Below are positions 18,978 through 26,987 of a DNA stretch of 64,000 nucleotides, piece by piece. The first letter of the stretch is position 1; each line of letters opens with the position of its first letter. The translations under genes and the position numbers were made by a program. The stretch comes from Polyangiaceae bacterium (GTDB lineage Bacteria; Myxococcota_A; Polyangia; Polyangiales; Polyangiaceae), in contig JBNKUV010000104.1 of NCBI GenBank assembly GCA_050298815.1, forward strand, positions 21,631 to 85,630, in the 5' to 3' direction. The notes under the pieces are model-generated. The model was given only the letters and a program-made list of their open reading frames with translations. It made no database searches and was not told the DNA's origin.

Positions 18978-20037
18978 GCGTATAGCAGTCCTTGGCAGTT
19001 GGCGGCAGGAGGATGCACGGCAGTGGAAGTTGCGCGAAGACGGTGAACAATTCGCCCAAGCGTGTCGTCGAATCGGGCAGGAGCTGATCAGACGGGGTCA
19101 CAGCCTCATCGTAGGCACAGACTCTCGACACACGGCTGACGGTAACGCGGCCCGAGGTGCGTACGACGAACTGGCAGAACAACGGACCGATCGACCAAGA
19201 ATAACAGTAGTCAGGCAAGATGATTCCAGTACATATCTTGCATTCAACGACCAGCGCCGCGCCCACGGTGGCATTTTCGTTGATCACATCGTGCACGGAT
19301 CAAGTTGGGCGGCAGTGAAACTAGTACAGACTCAGCTCGCTGACGCTGTTTTGCTAGTTGGCGGGGCAGAAAAGACGGAGCAGGCTGGATTGACCGCGGC
19401 GGTAGCCAGGAAGCCAATCGCATGCATCGGCTCTTTTGGGGGAGCAGCGTCGAAGCTTAACCAAACGTTCCAGCATTCACCGGCGACATGGGGCTACGAG
19501 CCTTGGGAAACGCGCCGAGTCGGTGAACTACAAGAGCCATTCAGCGAGATAGTACTCAAGTCAGCTCTCGAGCAGGCGTGGATCGAAGGCGCACCGAAAC
19601 TCATGATCATTCACGGCCGCAGTCCCGACCGGAACCTGCTCAAGAGGTACCTCGCTGGCGCTGCAGGAGCAGTGATTGTGCTAGCCGACGAGTTTGATCC
19701 CACGCAACCGATTCCGATAAAACTGGAGCGGTTCGCTTCATCGGTGGATGGGGCGATCGCTTTGCTTACTCCGGACGATGTTGGCGGATTGGCCGACGAT
19801 CCGAGCAATACAGCAAGTCGAGCAAGGGAAAACGTGTGGGTTGAAGTCGGCTGGTTTTGGGGTCGGCGAGGTCGGTCGCATCTGCTGCTTTTGAGAAAGG
19901 GTGACGTGACCATTCCTTCAGACCTTCTCGGCGTAGAAGCCTACAAGTACACCAAGAGTCCCGTTGAGTGCCGCGAAATCATCAACAAGTTCATTTCTCG
20001 GCTACGGGCGGCAAGCGAAGCGACCAATGTTGGATGA
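18976..20037 (+). CDS. SLOG/LOG-like Rossmann domain fused to a TIR-like (Cap12/PycTIR-type, PF10137-like) domain
   Basis: N-terminus: MRIAVLGSW..., LLVGGAEKTEQAG (compare PGGxGTxxE), FGGAAS. C-terminus: KLMIIHGRSPD...AIALLTPDDVG...RARENVWVEVGWFWGRRGRSHLLLLRKGDVTIPSDLLGVEAYKY, the pattern of TIR-like predicted nucleotide-binding proteins. ATG at 18976 with GGAGAG 8 nt upstream. Confidence 0.7.
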   Translation: MRIAVLGSWRQEDARQWKLREDGEQFAQACRRIGQELIRRGHSLIVGTDSRHTADGNAARGAYDELAEQRTDRPRITVVRQDDSSTYLAFNDQRRAHGGIFVDHIVHGSSWAAVKLVQTQLADAVLLVGGAEKTEQAGLTAAVARKPIACIGSFGGAASKLNQTFQHSPATWGYEPWETRRVGELQEPFSEIVLKSALEQAWIEGAPKLMIIHGRSPDRNLLKRYLAGAAGAVIVLADEFDPTQPIPIKLERFASSVDGAIALLTPDDVGGLADDPSNTASRARENVWVEVGWFWGRRGRSHLLLLRKGDVTIPSDLLGVEAYKYTKSPVECREIINKFISRLRAASEATNVG

Positions 20038-20090
20038 ATCGTGGTGACCGAACTGGGGCGTCAAAGGGAGCCGGATTTCGACAAGCTTTC

Positions 20091-20420
20091 GTCTGCCGAA
20101 CGAGGCCGAAGTGAAACCAAATTTGGCGTGAACGTCAACCTGCCCCCCGCCCTCTCGAGCCCCGCGCTCGGTTTTCTTAGACCCGAGCCCCATGGGCTGC
20201 CCCTCGGCTGGGGCCCCCCCGGTGCGCCCCGGGGGGGCGCCCTCACCGACTGTGCACTCCGGCGATCTTCTCGATGTTGTGAACGATGGTGAAGAGCTGC
20301 CACTGGGCGTTGACCTTGAGTTGCCCACGCGTCGTAAAGCGAGTAAAGCGGCGCATGTCCTTGTTTTGGATGTTGCCGGAGACGGGTTCGACAGCGCCCA
20401 TTCGCTTGGCATAGAGCGCT
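20091..20420 (-). mobile_element. IS1182/IS5-superfamily right-end relic C
   Basis: Encodes ALYAKRMGAVEPVSGNIQNKDMRRF(TRF)TTRGQLKVNAQWQLFTIVHNIEKIA with a 9-bp internal duplication. Same orientation as A and B, and nearly the same truncation point as relic A. Confidence 0.7.
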
Positions 20421-20424
20421 GTCG

Positions 20425-21429
20425 TCAGTGACCTTCACGTGTTTCAGAAGATCCCGCCCGCCTGCGAAACAGCAGGAACATCGCAAGTGCGTGCATGGCC
20501 AACGACGTGGGAGGGGGTTCAGGGCTTAGGGAACAGGCGCAGCCGCGGGTGGTGGGTGCGGGGAAGAGCTTGGACGGGCCAGGCGTGGGATGTTCGAGGC
20601 GCAGGGATTGAGTCCAGCCAGAGAAGTTCCCAGCGATGTCGTAGGAGCCGGCTCTAACGGTGATGGGTCCACGCTCGAAGTCCCAGTTTCGGCTGCAGCC
20701 GGAGGAGCCCACGACGATGTCGTCATCTGCGAAAACATCGGAGACCAGAAGAGGCCTCTCTGGCAGCATCGTTGGTCCGTGTGTGAGCGCGAGGGTGACT
20801 GCGACACCGTCATGGGCGAACGGGATTAGGAAGTGGTCACCGCGAAGGCACATCTCGCTGCTGCCGAGATTGTCGAAGATGGCCTCGGGCTGCCCCAACG
20901 TCGGCAGTCTTGGAGGCTGCTCAAGCCGAGAAGAAGTAGCGGTGACAACGATCACGTTGCTGTCGTCAGAGCCGCTGATCGCTGGACGCAACGCTACCGT
21001 TCCGGTGGGCAAGTCTTGGTGAGGAGACAGGATGAAGTAGCGGACGCGCCCCGAGGGTCTGCTGCGGAGTAGCAGGACATCGAAGGCCACACCGTTTCCA
21101 TTGGAGTTGGTGAGGACTAGGCTGTGAGTGAGCTCCTCGCTTGTGGGAGTAAGCTTTCCAAACCCGAACCTGAGGTTGGCGCCACGTTCGGGCTGCGACG
21201 CGATGAGGTGGTTACCGGCTATCCAGGCGGCGGTTGGAGCTGGCAGCCAGAACTTGGCATTGGCCGGTACGACGTCGCCGGTTTTCGGAGCGACGCGGTC
21301 GGGTAGAACCGCACACGAACAGGCGTCGGCCTCGTTTGACAGGCAGCCGAGGACCAGGAGAACGCCCAACGACATGAGCAAACGGCGCGGGACTGAAAGG
21401 TCGTGGCTTGCGGTCGGGCAGCGCAACAT
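20425..21429 (-). CDS. Secreted protein with MYXO-CTERM-like sorting tail
   Basis: Signal peptide (LLMSLGVLLVLGCLS). The C-terminal GCACSLSPEPPPTSLAMHALAMFLLFRRR resembles the MYXO-CTERM motif (GCxC, hydrophobic stretch, RRR). Confidence 0.6.
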   Translation of the reverse strand: MLRCPTASHDLSVPRRLLMSLGVLLVLGCLSNEADACSCAVLPDRVAPKTGDVVPANAKFWLPAPTAAWIAGNHLIASQPERGANLRFGFGKLTPTSEELTHSLVLTNSNGNGVAFDVLLLRSRPSGRVRYFILSPHQDLPTGTVALRPAISGSDDSNVIVVTATSSRLEQPPRLPTLGQPEAIFDNLGSSEMCLRGDHFLIPFAHDGVAVTLALTHGPTMLPERPLLVSDVFADDDIVVGSSGCSRNWDFERGPITVRAGSYDIAGNFSGWTQSLRLEHPTPGPSKLFPAPTTRGCACSLSPEPPPTSLAMHALAMFLLFRRRAGSSETREGH

Positions 21430-21498
21430 CGTGCTCAGACGTTGAAGTCTAGGATTGCTTGGATGTGCGGGGCGCCAAGACGCTGTACGATTCGACCC

Positions 21499-22869
21499 AT
21501 GAAGCGGGGGATTGTGTTGGCGGCCGCAGTACTGGTTTCTTGCTCGGGAACCGCGTCGGAACCGCCCGCTTCTGCCCCGGGTCCCGCCGAGACGACTCGC
21601 CTGCCGGCATGCCTCGTCCTGTCCGTCGGAGCGGAGGCTGGTCTTTCACATGTCGGTGTCATTCAAGCGGTCAAAGAGAAGGGGGTGCGTGTCGACTGTG
21701 TCGTCGGGACGAGCATGGGAGCGATGGTCGGAGGCTTGTTCGCCGCACGGCCCAATAGTGACGTGGCGGATGCCTACCGTGCGGTCGCCGCACGCTATCG
21801 AGAGAAGTCGGAGGCGGAGGCGGGCACATCAGTGCTGTTGGGAGGCGTCATCGTGGGGTTAGTCGTAGCTGCCAGTGGTGGAAGCACCGCGCCGGTGTTG
21901 CTGGGCGCGGCCTCAGGCGGTGCGGCTGGAGCGTCCAGCGTATCGCCGAAAGATTGGAGGCGCCTGCGTGCGGTCCTTCGGGAACAGCACGCTGGTGTCA
22001 CCATCGAATCGCTGCCCATCCGTTTCGGGACAGTGCACCAGGAGCTAACTGATAGCGGGGCGGTAACAGTCGCTGAACGAGGTGGTCTCCTCGCAGACGC
22101 CATCGCGACGAGCATTGCCAATCCACTATTGTTCAGCGACCTGAGTGCGACAAGGGGGCGGAAGATCGACCCAGGTCTTGATCGAGTTTCTGCAATTCCT
22201 GTCGAGGCGGCGTGTGAGATGTTTCCCGGTCACCAGCTGCTGGTGAGCAACGTTATTGGTGGTGAGATATTCACATCTAGGGCGATGAACTGTCCGTACC
22301 AAGAGATCAAGGTGCCACCCGTGATTGTTGACGCAACCGCTGCGATGAGCGCCATGGACCCTGCATTTGGTCAGCTCGTGACTGCGGGATACCAGGCCGC
22401 GGTGGAGAGTGTCGACTGGAACTTGCTACCGGACGCGACATTCCCGGCGGGTACCTCCGGACCCGTTCAGCCTCCGGTCTGGACGGTCCGAGTTGGACTG
22501 GCTATCGACATGGCCACACAGAAGCCATCGGGAAACGCCTGGGACGCGTTCGGTGGTCTCCCTGACATTGAACAGACCACGACGATCTCGGCGTGCGCGG
22601 GATGTGATGGGTTTGGGACGTCCGCCAGTCAGCCCGGTCTCCGCGGAATGGTGAGGGACACATTTCGAGCTGGCTGGGATCTTGGGGTGCTTCGGTTGCG
22701 CGAGGGAATGGTGTTTGACGTTCACGTGGAAGACGCGGACGTATCCAGCGACGACGCCGTGGGTGACTTTCGGCTTGTGTTCGAGGGGCCAGGAACCGTG
22801 GCCACAGCGCAGAACGTCGCGGCGCGCGTCACGCTTACGTTCAGCGGTGACGTCCACGGTCAGCGGTAG
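21499..22869 (+). CDS. Patatin-like phospholipase, lipoprotein
   Basis: MKRGIVLAAAVLVSCSG lipobox. GLSHVGVIQAVKEKGVRVDCVVGTSMGAMVGG contains the GxSxG nucleophile elbow. The track ORF start at 21403 is probably over-extended. Confidence 0.7.
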   Translation: MKRGIVLAAAVLVSCSGTASEPPASAPGPAETTRLPACLVLSVGAEAGLSHVGVIQAVKEKGVRVDCVVGTSMGAMVGGLFAARPNSDVADAYRAVAARYREKSEAEAGTSVLLGGVIVGLVVAASGGSTAPVLLGAASGGAAGASSVSPKDWRRLRAVLREQHAGVTIESLPIRFGTVHQELTDSGAVTVAERGGLLADAIATSIANPLLFSDLSATRGRKIDPGLDRVSAIPVEAACEMFPGHQLLVSNVIGGEIFTSRAMNCPYQEIKVPPVIVDATAAMSAMDPAFGQLVTAGYQAAVESVDWNLLPDATFPAGTSGPVQPPVWTVRVGLAIDMATQKPSGNAWDAFGGLPDIEQTTTISACAGCDGFGTSASQPGLRGMVRDTFRAGWDLGVLRLREGMVFDVHVEDADVSSDDAVGDFRLVFEGPGTVATAQNVAARVTLTFSGDVHGQR

Positions 22870-22995
22870 GCCCCCAGTCCTCACTCACTCGCCAAGCGAG
22901 CGGCGATCAGCCGCTCCCTGGAGGAGAGGCCCCAGCAAGGCGAGGCGCTGCCAGCCCCGCCGCGTTCAAACCCTTGTCAGGCGGCCATTAGGTTA

Positions 22996-23451
22996 TCACT
23001 TGGCAGGTTCGAGTCGTTTTTCGAGGATGATGCTTTGGTGCTTGTCGCCTGACTTCAAGGCCACGCCGGTAATGTCGAAGCCGCAAGCGATGTTGAGCAT
23101 CAGCATTTCTCGATACTTGTTCCTGGTCTGCGTTCTGATGACAGAGTAGCCAAGCGCACGCGCGAAGTCGTGTTGGCGCTCCATGAGTTGGCGGGCGATC
23201 CCGCAGCGCCGGAACTCGGGCAGGACTCCACCGGAGAAGCTGTAGAAGACGTCGGGTGACTGCTCGAATCCGATCTTGTAGGCGCACGGCACAGCGTCTA
23301 CGGCGGCGACGAGAATGCAGAGATTGTGGCGATGGCGAAGCTCCCGCTGGAACGTCTCCTCATCGAAAGGACTCGGGAAGATACCGTGGTCGAGCAGTGC
23401 GACGGTCTGGAGAACGCCTCCGTTGAGCTGAGTGTGAGTCAGAATTTCCAC
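22996..23451 (-). CDS. GNAT-family N-acetyltransferase
   Basis: GVLPEFRRCGIARQLMERQHDFARALGY is the acetyl-CoA binding motif A (Q/RxxGxG/A-like). Confidence 0.75.
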   Translation of the reverse strand: MEILTHTQLNGGVLQTVALLDHGIFPSPFDEETFQRELRHRHNLCILVAAVDAVPCAYKIGFEQSPDVFYSFSGGVLPEFRRCGIARQLMERQHDFARALGYSVIRTQTRNKYREMLMLNIACGFDITGVALKSGDKHQSIILEKRLEPAK

Positions 23452-23631
23452 GGTTGAAACGGACTACCTGTGCCGGGCAGGAAGATTGCCCAGGGTAGCG
23501 AGCCCCTCCTCCCACATCAAGTGAGGTTTTCGCGTCAGGCTGGTCTTGCAAGGAACCACGCGCTGCAGCGGGTACGGACGCTGGTGTCCGGAGCCCATTG
23601 GTCTTTGACCCTCTTTTCGCGGAGGTCGCCG

Positions 23632-23697
23632 ATGGAACTGCTGTTGGCCGGGATGCTCGTTGGTGTCCTGCTTGCGGCGGCGTTCACCCGCCGCTGA
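23632..23697 (+). CDS. Possible 21-aa hydrophobic micropeptide
   Basis: MELLLAGMLVGVLLAAAFTRR. GGAGG at 23621-23625, 6 nt before the ATG. Followed by a strong hairpin. Confidence 0.3.
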   Translation: MELLLAGMLVGVLLAAAFTRR

Positions 23698-23706
23698 TAT
23701 TGGTGC

Positions 23707-23734
23707 CTCGCCGCCCCCTCGAAGGGGCGGCGAG
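23707..23734. terminator. GC-rich hairpin between convergent genes
   Basis: CTCGCCGCCCC-ctcgaa-GGGGCGGCGAG: 11-bp perfect stem, 6-nt loop. It lies 10 nt from the stop of the AAA ATPase gene. No clear U-tract. Confidence 0.5.
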
Positions 23735-23743
23735 CGTCACCGC

Positions 23744-24925
23744 CTACCGTCCCGTTGGGTACGATGCCAGCTCGCCCACCAGCTTCCTCACTCCTATGGC
23801 CTCGATATCCTCGCTCACCGGATACCGATCCTCGCCAGCGTGAACGACAAAGCGCCTGCTAGCTTTGATGTCCTCGCTGGCCAGATGAAAGCCCTTCTTC
23901 GGGCGAGCGGAGAGGCTGCGTTTGACCTCTACCGCCCACCGTTGCTTACCTGGCAAGTCGAGCACCAGGTCCACTTCCGCGCCCGCGGATGTCCGGTAGA
24001 AGCTCGCGGTGGTGCGGGGTGGGGCTACTGCGAGCAGATTCTCGATCACAAACCCCTCCCAGCTCGCTCCGACGACTGGATGTCCAGCGACCCGGTTGTA
24101 GTCCTCCAGGCCCAGCAGGGCGTGCACCAGCCCGCTATCCCGAACGTACACCTTCGGGCTCTTCACCAGCCGCTTGCCGCTATTCGCGTGCAGGGGCGGC
24201 AGCCTGCGCACCAACAGCAAGTCGACGAGCAGGTCGACGTAACGCGTGATCGTCGGCGCGCTTACCGAAAGTCCCGTCGCCAGCCGCGATGCATTGAGCA
24301 GCGTTCCCTGACTATGCGCGAGCATCGTCCACAAGCGTTCGAGCGTGGTGGCAGGAATGCGTGGGCCGAACTGCGGCACGTCCCGCTCGAGATACGTGTG
24401 AATGAAGTCCACACGCCAGGCGAGGCTGTCGGTATCCGATGCAGCCAGAAAGCTGTCGGGGAACCCACCACGCAGCCAAAGCGTGTTCAATGCCTCCGCG
24501 TCCGACGCCGCCTCGGCAACACAAACCGGCCCCATCTCCACGAAGGCGATTCGTCCCGCCAGGCTCTCGCTCGACTGCCGGAGCAAATCGATCGAAGCAG
24601 ACCCGAGCAGCAGAAAACGGCCATGCCGCCGCCCACGCCTCCGCCCGGCGTCGATGAGTCCCCGCAACGCCGTGAAGAGTTCCGGCACCCGGTGAATCTC
24701 GTCAAGAATGACCAGGCGGTCTTCGTAGGCGCGGAGGAACAGCGTCGGGTCGCTGAGTTTGTCGCGATCTTCCTTTGCTTCCAGGTCGAGGTACAGCGCA
24801 TCCGTGCCCTCGGCGACTTCGTGCGCCAGGGTAGTTTTGCCGACCTGCCGGGGGCCAATGAGCGCCACGGAGGCCTGCCGGTTCAGGGCGTCCCGAACCT
24901 TCAGTAACGCCAGCCTAGACAGCAT
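23744..24925 (-). CDS. AAA+ ATPase with DUF4143-type C-terminal domain (COG1373-like)
   Basis: Walker A IGPRQVGKTTLA, Walker B LVILDEIH, and a long C-terminal region typical of AAA_14/DUF4143 proteins. Confidence 0.75.
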   Translation of the reverse strand: MLSRLALLKVRDALNRQASVALIGPRQVGKTTLAHEVAEGTDALYLDLEAKEDRDKLSDPTLFLRAYEDRLVILDEIHRVPELFTALRGLIDAGRRRGRRHGRFLLLGSASIDLLRQSSESLAGRIAFVEMGPVCVAEAASDAEALNTLWLRGGFPDSFLAASDTDSLAWRVDFIHTYLERDVPQFGPRIPATTLERLWTMLAHSQGTLLNASRLATGLSVSAPTITRYVDLLVDLLLVRRLPPLHANSGKRLVKSPKVYVRDSGLVHALLGLEDYNRVAGHPVVGASWEGFVIENLLAVAPPRTTASFYRTSAGAEVDLVLDLPGKQRWAVEVKRSLSARPKKGFHLASEDIKASRRFVVHAGEDRYPVSEDIEAIGVRKLVGELASYPTGR

Positions 24926-24975
24926 CCTTGCAAATTAAACACTACAAATTCAATTTGCAAAGATAATCTTTGCTT
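24926..24975 (-). promoter_or_regulatory. AT-rich operator-like region with two overlapping inverted repeats, immediately 5' of the AAA ATPase ATG
   Basis: TTGCAAATT (24928-36) pairs with AATTTGCAA (24952-60). GCAAAGA-taa-TCTTTGC lies at 24957-73. This is a striking AT-rich patch in a GC-rich genome. Confidence 0.4.
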
Positions 24976-25859
24976 CGCATCGTTGGTCTCACCGGGCTTC
25001 AGCACGGTCTCGATGAGTTGCCCGACCGGCGTTCCGCGTTTGTAGATGCGTACCTGCTCATGCTGGTAGCTCGGAAGTTTCCTGCGGGACATGGCCAAGG
25101 CCCACGCCTGCGAGCGCGTCGCTTATCTGCGCGCGCACATGAACGCCAAGCTTCCCCGCACCTGTCGCTGATCGAAGCTCTTCCATCGACACCGTCGTGC
25201 AGTCACCGTGTTGTTCGACCCTGTGTGCTTCAGTTCCTCGAATGACATCGTGATTCTCTCCTGGACATACGGCTATCCACGAATTCGCACCTGCTTGACG
25301 ACGATTCGCGCTCGCGTGGCCTTTCCGGTGAGTTCTCCGGACTTCACCTTCAGTTTCCGCTGCCGGTCGGACCGCTTTCACGACGCGGGTGGTTTCCTGC
25401 AGAGCTACCGAGTGGAGCCCTCATCGGACGAGTCCACTGTCTCACCCGTCCCATCGCCATCGTCGGTTCCCGAAACCACAGCGACGGTGTCGTTGTCATC
25501 CGAATCACACGCGACAACTCCCAATGTCGTCAGCGATGCGCAAAACACCAGCAACGCTCCCTGATAGACAATCTTAGTGGTGCCCTCCGGGTATACGACG
25601 ACGTCTGGCAACATCGCGGGCACAGGACCCCAACATTCCTGCTGCCCCACACCCTCCTCGCTGCAGTGTACAACTTGCCTTGATCGCCAACGATCAAGAG
25701 CCGTGCGACGAGTCGCGTTATCTCGATGCGCTACGCAAGCGGCACTCCCCCCCCTTGCTCAAGCGCGCTGCCGATTCTTCCAATTAGGACTTGCGGTCCG
25801 CCTCAGAGTGCGAGTTGCGCAGCGGCGGGGTATACCCAGTTTCACTGTGGCTGGGGAAC

Positions 25860-26882
25860 CTAGCTGTCTACGAGAGCGTTGTCTGTGCGAGCACTGAGAT
25901 CCAAGAGTTGAACGCACAGTAGGCCAACGCATTCGTTTGGTGTGGACTGCGCTATGATGGACTGCATTTCACGAAGGTAGTCCATTTGGAGGTCGCGAAT
26001 GCGCCGTAGGTCGCCTCGACTGGCCGAGAACAGGCTGTAGCCGAAGTGGCCAGGGGCTTTCTTTGCCATTCGGTCGCACGCGATCTTCGCCCACGCTTGC
26101 GTTAAGAGACCTCGCGTCGCAGGATCGGTACCTGTCGTTACGGTCAAGGATGGAGCGATCTGCCACTTGGTGTCAGTAGGCACAATCTGCTTCGAACGTT
26201 GCAGGGTGTACAGGGCTCGCTGAGCTTGCTCAGCTGTTATTCCGAGAACATGTTGGAGCCATGCGATCACGTCTTGAATGTCGTCGAACTCGGCGAGTTC
26301 GAGTGCTCGTAGCACTGCATGTGACCAGATGTCCTGGTAGGCCGCTTCGCGCATGCGAAGTAGACGTGTCCATCGCGGTTTGGCTGTTGGGAGGGCTGCA
26401 GGGTCGTGGAACGCGGCAATGAAGTCGAGCGAACGCCGGCTCGCGGCTTCAGTCAACCGCAAGAACTCTGGGAGTTTCGGCTCGGACGTGGCACTGAGCC
26501 AACGCGAAATACGGTATCGACTGTAGCCAGTGCTTTCAGAGAGAGCACTCAGCTTGGCCTTGCCACGGACTTGGCGCAGGAAGGCGGCGATGGCGGCAGC
26601 GGAGCTTGGCTCGAGATGCTGCAGCCAGGAGGGGGTTCTGTGGAAGTATGCCGTGAAGGCCGAGCGCAGGTCTTTGCCCGTCCGCTCACACGCGCGCAAG
26701 AACACCGCCGCTGTTGGCCACGACGTGCCGCGCTCCCAGCGGTGGACGACGCTGCTCGCGTAACCGAGGTGACGGGAAAGGGCAGCCTGTGAACGCCTGC
26801 CGCGGAGCGCCCTGACCCAGTCAGCAGCGATGGCTTCAAAGTCAATGTCCCGTGCCAGCCCTTCAATCTTGTGCGTGTTCAT
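25860..26882 (-). CDS. HTH regulator, DUF4423/TIGR02147-like
   Basis: Two XRE-like HTH segments (RRSQAALSRHLGYASSVVHRWERG; KLSALSESTGYSRYRISRWL) plus a C-terminal domain ending LLCVQLLDLS. The start could instead be 26933 or further upstream (track ORF to 27059). Confidence 0.5.
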   Translation of the reverse strand: MNTHKIEGLARDIDFEAIAADWVRALRGRRSQAALSRHLGYASSVVHRWERGTSWPTAAVFLRACERTGKDLRSAFTAYFHRTPSWLQHLEPSSAAAIAAFLRQVRGKAKLSALSESTGYSRYRISRWLSATSEPKLPEFLRLTEAASRRSLDFIAAFHDPAALPTAKPRWTRLLRMREAAYQDIWSHAVLRALELAEFDDIQDVIAWLQHVLGITAEQAQRALYTLQRSKQIVPTDTKWQIAPSLTVTTGTDPATRGLLTQAWAKIACDRMAKKAPGHFGYSLFSASRGDLRRIRDLQMDYLREMQSIIAQSTPNECVGLLCVQLLDLSARTDNALVDS

Positions 26883-26987
26883 TCTTTGCTCAATTTGCAC
26901 CAGTTGAAGCAGAGCAGGCACAGAAATGTGCATTGTGCGCGCTGAACAGACTTGGCTGAGCTGTGTTGGGATGGCATTGATCCGTGA

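Noticed and set aside
23660-24907. 415-aa plus-strand ORF antisense to the AAA ATPase gene. Similar long ORFs occur at 4540..5622(-), 35478..36506(+), 52574..53455(+), 59428..60774(+), 62060..63418(-), 39080..39868(+) and 45001..45726(+).
   Set aside because: Their translations are Arg/Pro/Ala/Gly-rich low-complexity sequence with no motifs. Each lies antisense to, or out of frame with, a gene that has clear family signatures. These are typical shadow ORFs of a high-GC genome.
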